Assembly (NCBI GenBank): GCA_964590195.1
Contig: CAZPWJ010000015.1
Coordinates: forward strand, 4,494 to 68,493
Length of the DNA stretch: 64,000 nt
Origin: an uncultured Rhodospirillaceae bacterium
GTDB taxonomy: Bacteria > Pseudomonadota > Alphaproteobacteria > GCA-2731375
Direction: 5' to 3'
Within the stretch, counting starts at the first letter, position 1. Each line of letters begins with the position of its first letter. Below are positions 20,357 to 31,294 of the stretch, piece after piece. The position numbers and the translations under genes are program-made. Below the pieces are notes generated by a model. That model saw only the letters and a list, made by a program, of their open reading frames with translations, searched no databases and was not told the DNA's origin.

Positions 20357-23300
20357 TGTTGTTCTCCCATGTTCACGGATTGGTTGGCCGCGATCAGATC
20401 ACGCAGGGCATCCGGCGTGGAATTGGAACGGGTCTGCCACAGGCCGCGTTCCAGCGCTTCCGCCAGCCGCTCCGCCATTTCCCGCAGCGCTGCCGGATTG
20501 TTTTGGCGCAGAAAATCCAGCACCTCTTCGTCCTTCAAATAGGCCTCATAGACCGCATCGAAATGATGGTCCGAGACCACCCGCGCCGTCGCCGCGAAGG
20601 CAAACAGGTAATCCACCGTCGCCGCCATCTCAAAGGCGCCCTTGTAGCCATGGCGCATGACGCCGGAAATCCATTTTGGATTGACCACCCTGGATCTGAC
20701 CACGCGGCCGATTTCATCTTCCAGGCTGCGGATTTTCGGCGCGAAGGGCCGGCTGTGGTCGTTGTGATAGATCGCCGGCTGGGCACCTGAATAATGCCGC
20801 ACGGCAGCGGTCAAGCCGCCTTCGAACTGGTAGTAGTCATCGGAATCCAGCAGGTCATGTTCCCGGTTGTCCTGGTTCTGCACCACGCCTTGGGTGGAGG
20901 ACAGCAAGGACTGGAATTGGCCATGGGCGGGCCGGCCGGATGTCTTGCCGCCATATGCATAGCCGCCCCAGGCCAGATAGGCCCGGGCCAGATCGCCGTC
21001 ATCCTGCCAGCCTCGCTCGTCCATCAGGGCCTGCAGACCAGCGCCATAGGCGCCTGGTTTGGAACCAAAAACACGCGCGGCGGCCAGATGATCGGCTTCT
21101 TCGCTGGAATGGCCGGCCTGGCGCAGGCGCACGCCGTCGGCGCGGGCGCGGGCCGCCAATGGATTGTCGCGCTCGCTTTCGTCTAGGGCCGCGACTTCCC
21201 GGGCGGCGCTGTCGAACAGGTCAATCTGGGTGGGAAAGGCATCGCGGAAAAAACCCGATATGCGCAAGGTTACGTCCACGCGGGGCCGATCCAGCATATG
21301 GATCGGCAGGATGTCGAAACCGATCACCCGGCGGGAGGCCGGCTCCCACTTTGGCTGCACGCCCATCAGGGCCAGGGCCTGGGCGATGTCGTCGCCGCCC
21401 GTACGCATATTGGCAGTGCCCCAGGCGCTGAGCGCCAGATGTTTCGGCCATTCGCCGTGGGTCTGGCGGTATTCGTCCAACAAAAGGTTGGCTGACTTCC
21501 AGCCCAGCTGCCAGGCGGCGGGGGTGGGCACGGTGCGGCTGTCGACGGAATAGAAATTGCGCCCCGTGGGCAACACATCCAGGCGTCCCCGTGTCGGCGC
21601 CCCCGATGCCCCCGGTTCAACGAATTCGCCATCCAGGCCACGAACTAGAGCGGAGATTTCCACCGCGCCGCAGGCATCCACGGTGGGTGCGACATGTTCC
21701 TTGATGGCGTCCAACACGGCGCGGGTCGCCGTCCATTCAGGCTGGGCCGATGCCGTGCCCTCAACCAGCGCGGCGGCCAATTCCTCCAGCCTCTCCACGG
21801 TGTCGCCATGGCTGCGCCAGGCCGCGCCGCTTTGCAGCACGGAAGGTCTTGCGCCGTTCCAGGCATCGCCCAGGGCGCAATCCAGCGGGTCGAAGGCAAG
21901 CTCCAAATCATTCGCCAGCGCCCTGATCAACGATGCATCGCCGGCATTGTCACCTTGCCGGGGCAGCCGGGTCAGGGCGACCAGCAGATCCCGGCGCAGG
22001 CGGCCTTCCAGCGGTTGGCCCAGAATGTGCAGGCCGTCGCGGATCTGCATTTCCTTCAGATCACAGAGATAATTGTCCAGCTTGGCCAGGGCCGCTGCCT
22101 CATCATCGGCCTCGGCGATGCCCGCGTCCTTGTCCAGTCCGATGTCGCGGGTCAGCTCCAGGATCTGCCCGCGCAACAGGTTCAAACGGCGCGGGTCCAG
22201 TCCGGCGGCTTCGTAGAACTCGTCAACCAGCAATTCCAGCTCCGCCAGGGGGCCATAGCTTTCCGCCCGGGTCAGGGGCGGCGTCAAATGATCCACGATC
22301 ACCGCCTGGGCCCGCCGCTTGGCCTGGGTGCCTTCGCCGGGGTCATTGACGATAAAGGGATAAAGATGCGGCAGCGGGCCAAAAACAGCTTCTGGGAAGC
22401 AGCTATCGGAAAGTGCCAGGGATTTGCCCGGCAGCCATTCCAGATTGCCGTGCTTGCCCATGTGGACCACGGCCTGGGCGGTAAAGCCCCGGCGCAGCCA
22501 GCCGTAGAAGGCCAGATAGCCGTGCGGCGGCACCAGGTCAGGATCGTGATAGCTCGACTTGGGATCGATGTTGTAACCCCTGGCCGGTTGCAGGCCGATC
22601 ACCACGTTGCCCAGAGTGAAGGCGGGCAGGACAAAATTCCCGCCGACCACGAAGGGATCATCCTTGGCCGGACCCCAGCGCTCGTCAACTTTTTCCCGCA
22701 CTGCCTCGGGCAGATCGTCAAAAAAGTTTTGATAGTCGGCCACGGCGAACTCAATACCACCCGCACGGCTGGCGCGGTCCTTCAGATTGTTGGTGGGGCC
22801 GGCGGCCAGCTTGCGGATCAGGTCATCGCCCTTGCCCGGCAGGTCCCCCACGTCATAGCCGGCATCGGCCAGGGCGCGCAGCAGGTTCAGGGCCGAGGCC
22901 GGCGAATCCAGCCCGACGCCATTGCCCATGCGCCCATCCTTGTTGGGGTAGTTGGCGAAAATCAGCGCCAGGCGGCGCTCCGCCGCGGGTGTTTGCGCCA
23001 ACGTCAACCAATTGGCGGCCAGCTGACAGACGAAATCAATACGGTCCGGCACGCCCTGGTAGGCGATCACCGGCAGCTGCGTGGCTTCATCGAAGCGCGC
23101 CTCGGCCTTGAACGAGACGGCGCGGGAGATGATGCGGCCATCGACCTCGGGCAGGGCAACGTTCATGGCGATGTCCCGGGCGCTCAAACCGTTCAGGTTA
23201 TCCCTCCAATCATCCTCGTTGCCGCCTGAGAATATCATCTGAATGACCGGCACGCCGGGACGCTCCAGCGGTGAATCCGCCCGCGCGCCGCCGGGTTTGG

Positions 23301-24105
23301 AAACGGCGAAACCGGTGGCATTCAGGATCACGCCGGGCGGTTCCTCGGCAAAGATGGAATTCACGGTTTCCGCCGATACGCCCTCCTTCAGGGAGGCGAC
23401 GAAGACCGGCAGCGGGTTAAGGCCTTTTTCGCGCAGACTTTGGATAACGCCGTCCACCGGGTCCAGATTGCCGGCCTGATACAGCGCCCGATAAAAGGTT
23501 ACCGCCGCCACCGGCGCGCCGGGCCGCCAATGCCGGCGCAGATCGTCCAACGACAGGGTGCCCTGGCCAGGCCAGTAGAGGCCCGCGCGCAGCAAGGGTG
23601 CCGGTTCCCGCCATTCGTTTGGCTGGCCCAGCAGATCGGCGGCGTAGGCCAGCAGATTGCCGCCGTTGTCCGGGCCGCCATGGACGAAATATTGCCATAG
23701 GCGATGGCAGCTCTCCGCCGGCAGGGTCGAGAGGCCATGCAGCTCCGCATCGGGCTGATCGTCGCCGGGAATGATCGCCAGGGCGATATTTTCGCGCCGG
23801 CAGCATTGCACCACCTGTTCCACGCCATAGGGCCAATAATTGACACCGCCCAGCAGGCGGACGATAACCAGCCTGGCCGCGCTGATGATGTCGCCGACGT
23901 AAAGATCGACGGACATGTTGTGGCTCAGGTTCATCAGGTTGGCCAGACGCAGACTCGGCCTATTCGAATCCTGCCGGACAGCCGCCAGCATCTGCAAATC
24001 CGTGTCCGCCGCCGATAGGATTACGATGTCGCCGGGGCTTTGGCCCAGGTCCACCGCCTCCGCGCCATCGGAGATTCCGCCGGGTTTGGCCGCGAGCAAA
24101 TGCAT
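20353..24105 (-). CDS. cobN: cobaltochelatase large subunit CobN
   Basis: 1250 aa of the CobN/Mg-chelatase H family, immediately downstream of cobW in a B12 operon. Confidence 0.9.
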   Translation of the reverse strand: MHLLAAKPGGISDGAEAVDLGQSPGDIVILSAADTDLQMLAAVRQDSNRPSLRLANLMNLSHNMSVDLYVGDIISAARLVIVRLLGGVNYWPYGVEQVVQCCRRENIALAIIPGDDQPDAELHGLSTLPAESCHRLWQYFVHGGPDNGGNLLAYAADLLGQPNEWREPAPLLRAGLYWPGQGTLSLDDLRRHWRPGAPVAAVTFYRALYQAGNLDPVDGVIQSLREKGLNPLPVFVASLKEGVSAETVNSIFAEEPPGVILNATGFAVSKPGGARADSPLERPGVPVIQMIFSGGNEDDWRDNLNGLSARDIAMNVALPEVDGRIISRAVSFKAEARFDEATQLPVIAYQGVPDRIDFVCQLAANWLTLAQTPAAERRLALIFANYPNKDGRMGNGVGLDSPASALNLLRALADAGYDVGDLPGKGDDLIRKLAAGPTNNLKDRASRAGGIEFAVADYQNFFDDLPEAVREKVDERWGPAKDDPFVVGGNFVLPAFTLGNVVIGLQPARGYNIDPKSSYHDPDLVPPHGYLAFYGWLRRGFTAQAVVHMGKHGNLEWLPGKSLALSDSCFPEAVFGPLPHLYPFIVNDPGEGTQAKRRAQAVIVDHLTPPLTRAESYGPLAELELLVDEFYEAAGLDPRRLNLLRGQILELTRDIGLDKDAGIAEADDEAAALAKLDNYLCDLKEMQIRDGLHILGQPLEGRLRRDLLVALTRLPRQGDNAGDASLIRALANDLELAFDPLDCALGDAWNGARPSVLQSGAAWRSHGDTVERLEELAAALVEGTASAQPEWTATRAVLDAIKEHVAPTVDACGAVEISALVRGLDGEFVEPGASGAPTRGRLDVLPTGRNFYSVDSRTVPTPAAWQLGWKSANLLLDEYRQTHGEWPKHLALSAWGTANMRTGGDDIAQALALMGVQPKWEPASRRVIGFDILPIHMLDRPRVDVTLRISGFFRDAFPTQIDLFDSAAREVAALDESERDNPLAARARADGVRLRQAGHSSEEADHLAAARVFGSKPGAYGAGLQALMDERGWQDDGDLARAYLAWGGYAYGGKTSGRPAHGQFQSLLSSTQGVVQNQDNREHDLLDSDDYYQFEGGLTAAVRHYSGAQPAIYHNDHSRPFAPKIRSLEDEIGRVVRSRVVNPKWISGVMRHGYKGAFEMAATVDYLFAFAATARVVSDHHFDAVYEAYLKDEEVLDFLRQNNPAALREMAERLAEALERGLWQTRSNSTPDALRDLIAANQSVNMGEQQ

Positions 24106-24112
24106 CGCCGGT

Positions 24113-25168
24113 TCAGTCCTCGGTCTTGGCCACGATCATGGCGCGGATGGCGCCCTCGTCCAGACCATGCAGACCGATCACTACAAGCTGCGAGGTCCGC
24201 GCCTCCCCCTCGCCCCAGTCCCGGTCGTAATAGTGCTGATAGCGGTCGCCAACGCCCTGTACCAACAGGCGCATATCCTTGCCTTCAACGGCAATGAAGC
24301 CCTTCATGCGCAAGACATCATGGGCGGCGGCGGCCTGGCGCAGTTTGGCCACCAGTGCCTCGGGCTCGGCCACGGCATCGAAAGTCACCACGAAGCTGTC
24401 GAAATCGTCGTGTTCGTGGTCGTCCTCGTCGTCATGATGCGAGGGACGGTTGTCCAGATCGTCTTCCGCCGCCGCGTCCAGGCCCAACAGCGTGTCGGCG
24501 GCAATGGCGCCGTGTTGCGCCGTTACCACGCGGACCGATGGGCGCAGGGCGGCTTGCAGGTCCCCGGCCACGCGGGGTGTCTGGTCAGCGGCCAGCAGGT
24601 CCGATTTGTTCATCACCACCATGTCGGCGCAGGCCAGCTGGTCCGTGAACAGCTCCGCCAGCGGGCTGTCGTGATCCAACGCTTCGTCCGCCTGCCGCTG
24701 CGCCGCCACGGCGTCGGGATCATCAGCGAACAGACCGGCGGCAAAGGCCGGCCCGTCGACCACGGCGACCACGCCATCGACGGTGATACGGGTGCGGATG
24801 GCCGGCCAGTTGAAGGCCTTCAGAAGAGGTTTCGGCAAAGCCAGGCCCGAGGTTTCGATAATGATGTGGTCAATACCCTCGGGCCGGTCCAGCAGGGCCT
24901 CCATGGTGGGTACGAAATCGTCGGCCACGGTGCAGCAGATGCAGCCGTTGGCCAATTCGACAATGTCCTCCTCGGCGCAGTTCTCGGCGCCGCAGGCCTT
25001 GAGGATATTGCCGTCGACCCCCATATCGCCGAATTCGTTGATAATCAGCGCCAGACGCTTGCCATTGGCGGTCTGTAGCAGATGCCGGATCATTGAGGTC
25101 TTGCCGGCGCCAAGAAAGCCGGTAATCACGGTGGCGGGAATACGTTGCAGATTACTCATGGATGGCAT
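24113..25168 (-). CDS. cobW: cobalamin biosynthesis GTPase CobW (COG0523 metallochaperone)
   Basis: GFLGAGKTS P-loop, GCICC metal-binding motif and a His-rich segment (SHHDDEDDHEHDD). It is the first gene after the riboswitch. Confidence 0.85.
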   Translation of the reverse strand: MPSMSNLQRIPATVITGFLGAGKTSMIRHLLQTANGKRLALIINEFGDMGVDGNILKACGAENCAEEDIVELANGCICCTVADDFVPTMEALLDRPEGIDHIIIETSGLALPKPLLKAFNWPAIRTRITVDGVVAVVDGPAFAAGLFADDPDAVAAQRQADEALDHDSPLAELFTDQLACADMVVMNKSDLLAADQTPRVAGDLQAALRPSVRVVTAQHGAIAADTLLGLDAAAEDDLDNRPSHHDDEDDHEHDDFDSFVVTFDAVAEPEALVAKLRQAAAAHDVLRMKGFIAVEGKDMRLLVQGVGDRYQHYYDRDWGEGEARTSQLVVIGLHGLDEGAIRAMIVAKTED

Positions 25169-25244
25169 GGTTTAGCGCCCTCCCTCCGAGGATCGGTTAC
25201 ATGGTTACAACAAGCCGCGCGCGTCTCCTGGCTTTGGGTCGTCG

Positions 25245-25405
25245 GTCGCGGGGCCTTCCCGGCGGTTGCCCCGCCAGTGACAGTTTCCCGTTTCCTCGCC
25301 ATTCACAGTTGCGGGGGCAGCGCCGGATTTTAGAGACCTTGCGGCCTTTCGGGGCAAGGATGGAACACCGGCTTCCGCGCCACGGCGGGCGCAACCTAGC
25401 ACGCA
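25245..25405 (-). promoter_or_regulatory. cobalamin riboswitch (cis-regulatory RNA) upstream of cobW-cobN-cobO-cobQ
   Basis: The minus strand reads ...AAAATCCGGCGCTGCCCCCGCAACTGTGAATGGCGAGGAAACGGGAAACTGTCACTGGCGGGGCAACCGCCGGGAAGGCC... This matches the conserved core (GAAAATCC...CCCGCCACTGT) and the B12 box (GCCACTGG...GGGAAGGC) of cobalamin riboswitches. It lies in the 330-bp gap 5' of cobW. Confidence 0.6.
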
Positions 25406-25499
25406 TGGCATCCTGGCGGCAATTGAATTGCCGCTGGCATAATTTGCCGCGCCAGCGTAAAGCTAGAGATTGTTCGGGTCTGCGTATTTTGGATTTTCG

Positions 25500-26216
25500 A
25501 TGTCAACAATTCTTGTCATGGGCTTTCTGTTGGGACTGCAACACGCCATGGAGGCCGATCACATCGCCGCCGTCGCGGCGCTGGCCGCCGGCAAGGGCCG
25601 CCTGCATTGGATCATGCGCCATGGCTTGTTTTGGGGCCTGGGCCACGCCCTGGCGCTTAGCGCCTTCGCGGGCGCCGTGATGTTGGCGCGGGGCAGCATT
25701 CCCACAGGGTTGAGCGCGGCTTTGGAATTCGCCGTTGCATGTATGTTGATCAGCCTGGGTGCCCTGGTGATCTGGCGCCTGGTACGGGAACGGCTGCACT
25801 TTCATTTGCACCGCCACCGGGACGGAAAACTGCATTTTCACGCCCATAGCCATGCCGGCGAGCGGCAAACCCACGACAAAAACAAACATGATCACCAACA
25901 TGATGGCAACGGTGTCCGCCGCAGCCTGGCCGTCGGCGTGATGCATGGCCTTGCCGGCTCCGCCGCGCTCATCGCCCTGGCCGCGCCGGGACAATTTCTC
26001 GATGGCATGGGATTTATCTTTCTGTTCGGCGTCGGCTCCATTTTGGGCATGTTGGTGCTGTCATCGGTTATTGCCTTGCCGTTGCTATTGTCGGGCCGGC
26101 TGCTGACCGGCCTTAATCGCGGACTGCGGCTGGGTATTGGCATGGTCTCCATTGCCATTGGCTGTTTTTATGCCTACGCCGGCGCGCCCGCGATGTTGGC
26201 GCTACTGCAGTCGTGA
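25500..26216 (+). CDS. NicO/RcnA-family nickel/cobalt transporter with His-rich loop
   Basis: TM protein with the HAMEADHIAA motif (HX4DH of NiCoT/RcnA) and the loop HFHLHRHRDGKLHFHAHSHAGERQTHDKNKHDHQHD. ATG at 25500; divergent from cobW. Confidence 0.6.
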   Translation: MSTILVMGFLLGLQHAMEADHIAAVAALAAGKGRLHWIMRHGLFWGLGHALALSAFAGAVMLARGSIPTGLSAALEFAVACMLISLGALVIWRLVRERLHFHLHRHRDGKLHFHAHSHAGERQTHDKNKHDHQHDGNGVRRSLAVGVMHGLAGSAALIALAAPGQFLDGMGFIFLFGVGSILGMLVLSSVIALPLLLSGRLLTGLNRGLRLGIGMVSIAIGCFYAYAGAPAMLALLQS

Positions 26217-27208
26217 CCAAGATACCCATGGGACTGCCGCATGGCGGCGAACCGCCCCTAGATAACATGAACGGCGGATCGGATTGGCTGGACCTTTCCA
26301 CCGGCATCGCGCCTTTTGCCTATCCGTTTGCGCCGCCGCCCCAGAATACCTGGAGCCATCTGCCCCGCCGGCGGGAAGAACAAACGTTGCTATCAGCCGC
26401 CGCCGCCCATTTTGGCCTGGACCGTCTAGACAATCTTTGCCTTGGCCCCGGCTCCCAGGCCTTGTTGCAGCTGTTGCCCGAGCTGTTGCCCGTTGGGACC
26501 GCCGCCGTGCTGGCGCCGACCTATAACGAGCATGCCCACCGCTGGGCTCGCGCCGGCCACCGCGTCGAAGAGATAGCCAGCCTCGCGGCATTGCCGGCGC
26601 AATGCCGTTACCTCGTCGTGGTCAATCCAAACAATCCGACAGGCGAGATGCAAATGCGCGGGGAGCTGCTGGCGCTGGCCGAGAAAATGGCGGCGCGGGA
26701 CGGCTATCTAATCGTGGACGAGGCGTTTTGCGACCTTGTGCCCGGGGTCAGCCTGGGGCCGGAGGCCGGGCGGTCCGGTCTGTTGCTCCTACGCTCGTTC
26801 GGCAAGTTTTTCGGCCTGGCGGGTCTGCGTCTTGGATTTTTGCTGGGGCCGGCGGCATTCATCGCCACGGCGCGGGAACGCATCGGCCCTTGGCCCGTGA
26901 ACGGACCGGCCCTAGCGATTGCGGCTCAGGCCTATGGTGATGGGGCCTGGATCACGGCTCACCGGAAGGCCCTGGCCCAGCAAGCGGAGCGGTTGCGGCA
27001 GACATTGGCGCGCCACGGCCAGATCATCGGCGGCACTGATTTGTTTGTTCTGTTGCAAGCGGGCAATAGCGCGGCAATTCACGCTGGTTTGGCCGCGGCC
27101 CAAATCCACGTGCGTAATTTTGCCGAACAGGGCACATGGCTACGCTTTGGGTTGCCGGGAGAAGAGGCTGCCTGGAAGCGTTTCGAGGCCGCGCTTACCC
27201 TTATCTGA
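26213..27208 (+). CDS. cobC: threonine-phosphate decarboxylase (PLP aminotransferase fold; CobC of P. denitrificans / CobD of S. enterica)
   Basis: 331 aa with the N-terminal LPHGG motif and an aminotransferase class I/II fold. GTG 26213 overlaps the previous stop; an alternative ATG is at 26228. Confidence 0.75.
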   Translation: MTKIPMGLPHGGEPPLDNMNGGSDWLDLSTGIAPFAYPFAPPPQNTWSHLPRRREEQTLLSAAAAHFGLDRLDNLCLGPGSQALLQLLPELLPVGTAAVLAPTYNEHAHRWARAGHRVEEIASLAALPAQCRYLVVVNPNNPTGEMQMRGELLALAEKMAARDGYLIVDEAFCDLVPGVSLGPEAGRSGLLLLRSFGKFFGLAGLRLGFLLGPAAFIATARERIGPWPVNGPALAIAAQAYGDGAWITAHRKALAQQAERLRQTLARHGQIIGGTDLFVLLQAGNSAAIHAGLAAAQIHVRNFAEQGTWLRFGLPGEEAAWKRFEAALTLI

Positions 27209-28199
27209 GGTGGCAGGAGACCACGTGGCCCGGTCCGAATTCCTTTAGCGGCGGCTCTTCGACCTTGCAGCGTTCCTCGGCATAGGGGCAGCGGGTATGG
27301 AAATGGCAGCCTGGCGGCGGCTTAATCGGGCTGGGAACATCGCCTTGCAGAATGGTTTTCTTGCGCCTGATGGTCGGGTCTGGAATGGGCACCGCCGACA
27401 GCAACGCCTCGGTATAGGGATGCTGGGGATTGGTGAACAGGGTTTTCTTGTCGGTGTATTCGACGATCTTGCCCAGATACATCACCGCGATGCGGTCGCT
27501 GATATGTTCGACAACGGCCAGATCATGGGCGATGAAGAGATACGATAGATTCAGCTCCGACTGCAGGTCCATCAGCAGATTGATCACTTGCGCCTGGATC
27601 GAGACATCCAGGGCCGAGACCGGTTCGTCTCCGATGATCACCTGCGGGTTCAAGGCCAGGGCCCGGGCGATGCCGATGCGTTGACGCTGGCCGCCGGAAA
27701 ATTCGTGCGGGAAACTTTCCAATTGCGCCTTGCGCAGGCCCACGCGCTCGAACAATTCCGCCGCCCGTTCCTTGCGTTCGGCCGGGGTGCCGATATCGTG
27801 GACGCGCAGCATTTCCTCGACAATGCCACCCGCCGTCATGCGCGGGTTCAGCGAGGAATACGGATCCTGAAAGATAATCTGCATTTCGCGCCGGACCGGA
27901 CGCATGTCGGTCTTGCTTAAATGCGTGATGTCACGGCCGTTCAGCTTGATGCTGCCGTCGGTCGGGTCCAACAGGCGCAGAACCGTGCGGCCCACGGTGG
28001 ACTTGCCGCAACCGCTTTCCCCAACCAGACCCAGGGTTTCGCCCTGGTTGATGTGAAAGCTGACGCCATCGACGGCGTAAACATAACCCGCGTTTCGCGA
28101 CAACAGCCCCTTGGAGAGGGGGAAATGTTTTTTCAGGCCCGTTACTTCCAACAGGGGCGGTTCGCCGTCTTGCATCGAAATCTGCGCGGAATCAGTCAT
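27201..28199 (-). CDS. dppF: oligopeptide/dipeptide/nickel-type ABC transporter ATP-binding protein
   Basis: Walker [18 protein letters not shown] signature and a C-terminal oligopeptide-transporter extension. The likely ATG at 28199 overlaps the stop of dppD (ATGACTGA). Confidence 0.8.
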   Translation of the reverse strand: MTDSAQISMQDGEPPLLEVTGLKKHFPLSKGLLSRNAGYVYAVDGVSFHINQGETLGLVGESGCGKSTVGRTVLRLLDPTDGSIKLNGRDITHLSKTDMRPVRREMQIIFQDPYSSLNPRMTAGGIVEEMLRVHDIGTPAERKERAAELFERVGLRKAQLESFPHEFSGGQRQRIGIARALALNPQVIIGDEPVSALDVSIQAQVINLLMDLQSELNLSYLFIAHDLAVVEHISDRIAVMYLGKIVEYTDKKTLFTNPQHPYTEALLSAVPIPDPTIRRKKTILQGDVPSPIKPPPGCHFHTRCPYAEERCKVEEPPLKEFGPGHVVSCHLR

Positions 28200-29271
28200 T
28201 CTGACCTCCATACAAGTTGTCAGAATGCCAACAGGCAGCCCAATGTCCGGGCCGTTTTTCTTCGTAAACCGGATATTCCGCCCGGCATTTATCATCGGCG
28301 TATTTGCAGCGAGGTGCGAAGGCGCAGCCTGGCGGCAGATCGTTCAATGGCGGTACGATGCCGGGGATCTCCTCCAGCCGCTCGGCCAGATGATCACCGC
28401 TGCCCTGCTCAACGCCGGTCATGATTTCAAGCTGCGGCACCGAAGCCATCAGGCCGTGGGTATATGGGTGCATGGGCTCGGCGAACAGTGGTTCAACATC
28501 CGCCTCTTCCACCTTGCGCCCGGCGTACATGACGACGACGCGGCGGGCGGTTTCCGCGATAACGCCCAGGTCATGGGTAATCAGAATTACCGCCGTGCCC
28601 AACTCTTCCTGCAATTGTACGATCAGGTCCAGGATCTGTGCCTGGATGGTCACGTCCAGCGCCGTTGTCGGCTCGTCGGCGATCAGGACTTTCGGGTTGC
28701 AGGCCAGGGCCATGGCGATCATCGCCCGCTGCCGCATGCCGCCCGAAAGTTGGTGCGGGTATTCCTTGGCGCGTTGCGCCGGTTCCGGGATCTTGACCAG
28801 ATCCAGCATCTCCACCGCCCGCTCCAGGGCCCTGGCCTTGGAATAATCCTGATGCAAAATCAGCGCCTCGGCGATTTGATAGCCGATGGTCAGAACCGGG
28901 TTGAGCGAGGTCATCGGCTCCTGAAAAATCATCGAGATATCGTTGCCCCGGATACCCCGCATCTCGGCTTCGCTCAAGGCCAGAAGGTCCGTGCCATCCA
29001 GCTTCACCGTGCCGCCAATAATCCGGCCGGGAGGTTCCGGTACCAGGCGCATGACTGAAAGCGCCGTGATGCTTTTACCACAGCCTGACTCTCCAACGAT
29101 GCCCAGGGTTTCGCCCTTGCGCAGATTAAACGAAACGCCGTCCACCGCCTTGACCGTGCCCTGTCGGGTAAAGAAGTACGTCTGCAACCCCTCTACTTCC
29201 AACGCCAGCTCGCTGCTTTGCGGCTCGACCCGCGCGGATGGGTCCAGGTCACTGTTCGCCATGTCTGTCAT
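28192..29271 (-). CDS. dppD: oligopeptide/dipeptide/nickel-type ABC transporter ATP-binding protein
   Basis: 359 aa with GESGCGKS and LSGGMRQR motifs. Confidence 0.85.
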   Translation of the reverse strand: MTDMANSDLDPSARVEPQSSELALEVEGLQTYFFTRQGTVKAVDGVSFNLRKGETLGIVGESGCGKSITALSVMRLVPEPPGRIIGGTVKLDGTDLLALSEAEMRGIRGNDISMIFQEPMTSLNPVLTIGYQIAEALILHQDYSKARALERAVEMLDLVKIPEPAQRAKEYPHQLSGGMRQRAMIAMALACNPKVLIADEPTTALDVTIQAQILDLIVQLQEELGTAVILITHDLGVIAETARRVVVMYAGRKVEEADVEPLFAEPMHPYTHGLMASVPQLEIMTGVEQGSGDHLAERLEEIPGIVPPLNDLPPGCAFAPRCKYADDKCRAEYPVYEEKRPGHWAACWHSDNLYGGQND

Positions 29272-29282
29272 GCTGCTGTTGC

Positions 29283-30176
29283 CTAACTACGCTGTCTTGG
29301 ATCGAGAATGTCGCGCAGGGCATCGCCGAACAAATTGGCGCCAAACACGGCCATGGAAATTGCCAGGCCCGGGAAGATCACCAGCCAGGGCGCGACGCGG
29401 ACATACTCCGCCGCTGATTCAGATAGCATGCGGCCCCAGGACGGATGTGGCTCCGGCACGCCCAGGCCGAGGAAGGAAAGCGAGGCTTCAACCAGAATGG
29501 CGGCGCCAAGCTGGGCTGTGAACAGGACGATCAGGGGCGCCAGAATATTGGGTAATACATGACGCAACGCCACGCGCATTTCGCTCATCCCCGCGGCGCG
29601 GGCCGCTTCGACAAACGGCATCTCGCGCAATGATAGGGTGGATGACCGCACCACCCGGGCCACGTTCGGTATCAAGGGGATGGAAATGGCAAGAATGGTG
29701 TTTTCCAACGATGGCCCCAACGAGGCTGCCATCACCAGGGCCAGCACCAACAGCGGCAGGGCCTGCATAATGTCTATCAGGCGCTGCATGAGAAGATCGA
29801 ACCAGCCCATCAGGTAACCTGACATCAATCCGATAAAGACCCCGATGAAGCCGCCCAGCATGATTGATGCCACACCTACCGTTAACGAAATCCGGGCGCC
29901 ATGGATGATCCGGCTGTACATATCCCGGCCCATCATATCGGCGCCCATGACGAACTCGGCGGTCGGTGGCGATAGGGAGGACTCGGCCCTGGTTTGCAGC
30001 GGGTCGTGCGGGGCAAGCACATCAGCGAATATGGCCGAGAATATGAATACCACCATGATCACCGCGCCGATCGCCCCCAGGGGATAGCGCCGGGCATAGA
30101 ACATCGTCTTGTCCCAGCGGCCCGAGACATGTGCGCCGGCCTTGACCAGTTCCGCTTGATGGTCGATATCAGCCAT
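29283..30176 (-). CDS. dppC: ABC transporter permease (DppC/NikC type)
   Basis: 297 aa with 6 TM segments and the BPD_transp_1 EAA-like motif. Confidence 0.85.
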   Translation of the reverse strand: MADIDHQAELVKAGAHVSGRWDKTMFYARRYPLGAIGAVIMVVFIFSAIFADVLAPHDPLQTRAESSLSPPTAEFVMGADMMGRDMYSRIIHGARISLTVGVASIMLGGFIGVFIGLMSGYLMGWFDLLMQRLIDIMQALPLLVLALVMAASLGPSLENTILAISIPLIPNVARVVRSSTLSLREMPFVEAARAAGMSEMRVALRHVLPNILAPLIVLFTAQLGAAILVEASLSFLGLGVPEPHPSWGRMLSESAAEYVRVAPWLVIFPGLAISMAVFGANLFGDALRDILDPRQRS

Positions 30177-30205
30177 TGCCGTCGTCCTTTATGAAGCGAT
30201 TTGTT

Positions 30206-31153
30206 CTAGTCGGCATATTTAATCCTCGGGTCCAAAACCGCGTACAGCAAGTCGACCCCGAAATTGATCAAAACCGTGACCAGTGCGATCAGCATGACCA
30301 GGTTCTGCACGATCGGGTAATCCCGCATCAAAATCGCCTCGACCAGGAAATGCGCCACGCCGGGAATATTGAAGACCGTCTCGGTGATGATCAGGCCGCC
30401 GATCAGAAACGCCGCCTCGATGCCGATAATCGTGGTCACCGGCAGCACCGCGTTCTTCAGGGCATGATGATAGTTGACCGAATTGTCCGAGGCGCCCTTG
30501 GAACGCGCCGTGCGGATATAATCCTGGCGCATCACCTCCAGCATGGAGGATCGGGTCAGCCGCATGATCAGGGCGGAGGATCTGAAGCCCACCGCCGCCG
30601 CCGGTATGGAATAGAGCACCAACTCGTCCCACAGATTTTCCGGCGGGTCCATATAGATTGGAATATCACCCAGGTAGGTGACGAAAAACATCAGGATCAA
30701 CAGTGCCAGCCAGAATGACGGCAGGGACAGGCCGCTCAGGGAGATGACCCGCAGGGTATAATCGAGCGCCGTATCCTGCTTCACCGCGCAGATCACGCCC
30801 AGGGGCAGGCCGAACAGGACGGAAAAGCCCAGCGCCAATGCCGCCAGTTTCGCGGTAATGGGAATGCGCGGGCCCAGCTCGTCGATCGCCGGCATTTCCG
30901 AGACAAAGGAAAAGCCCAGATCCCAGACCAACAGCCCCTTCATCCAATGGTAATATTGCACCGGGATCGGCAGATCCAGGCCAAGTTCTTTTTCGATCTG
31001 GGCCTTCTCCGCCGGATCAACGAAGCCGGCGGAATCGAACATGATATCGGCGATATTGCCCGGCATCAGCCGCAGCAGCACGAAGATGATGATGGATATC
31101 CCGATCAATGTCAGGACCATCAGTAGAAAGCGTTTCACTAAGTATGAGCCCAA
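30206..31153 (-). CDS. dppB: ABC transporter permease (DppB/NikB type)
   Basis: 315 aa with 6 TM segments; the true start may be the GTG at 31138 (MKRFLLMVL). Confidence 0.85.
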   Translation of the reverse strand: MGSYLVKRFLLMVLTLIGISIIIFVLLRLMPGNIADIMFDSAGFVDPAEKAQIEKELGLDLPIPVQYYHWMKGLLVWDLGFSFVSEMPAIDELGPRIPITAKLAALALGFSVLFGLPLGVICAVKQDTALDYTLRVISLSGLSLPSFWLALLILMFFVTYLGDIPIYMDPPENLWDELVLYSIPAAAVGFRSSALIMRLTRSSMLEVMRQDYIRTARSKGASDNSVNYHHALKNAVLPVTTIIGIEAAFLIGGLIITETVFNIPGVAHFLVEAILMRDYPIVQNLVMLIALVTVLINFGVDLLYAVLDPRIKYAD

Positions 31154-31294
31154 CGTCTGTCCCGCCCGTCCTTGGTCTTAATGCGTCTAACAAAATACCT
31201 AAAAAAATAATCGGTCGAATCTTTGGCCGACCGGGACGCCGTCACGGTAATAATCCGCAGGGCGCCCCGGTCTTTAGCCAAATAAAGCCTGGAC

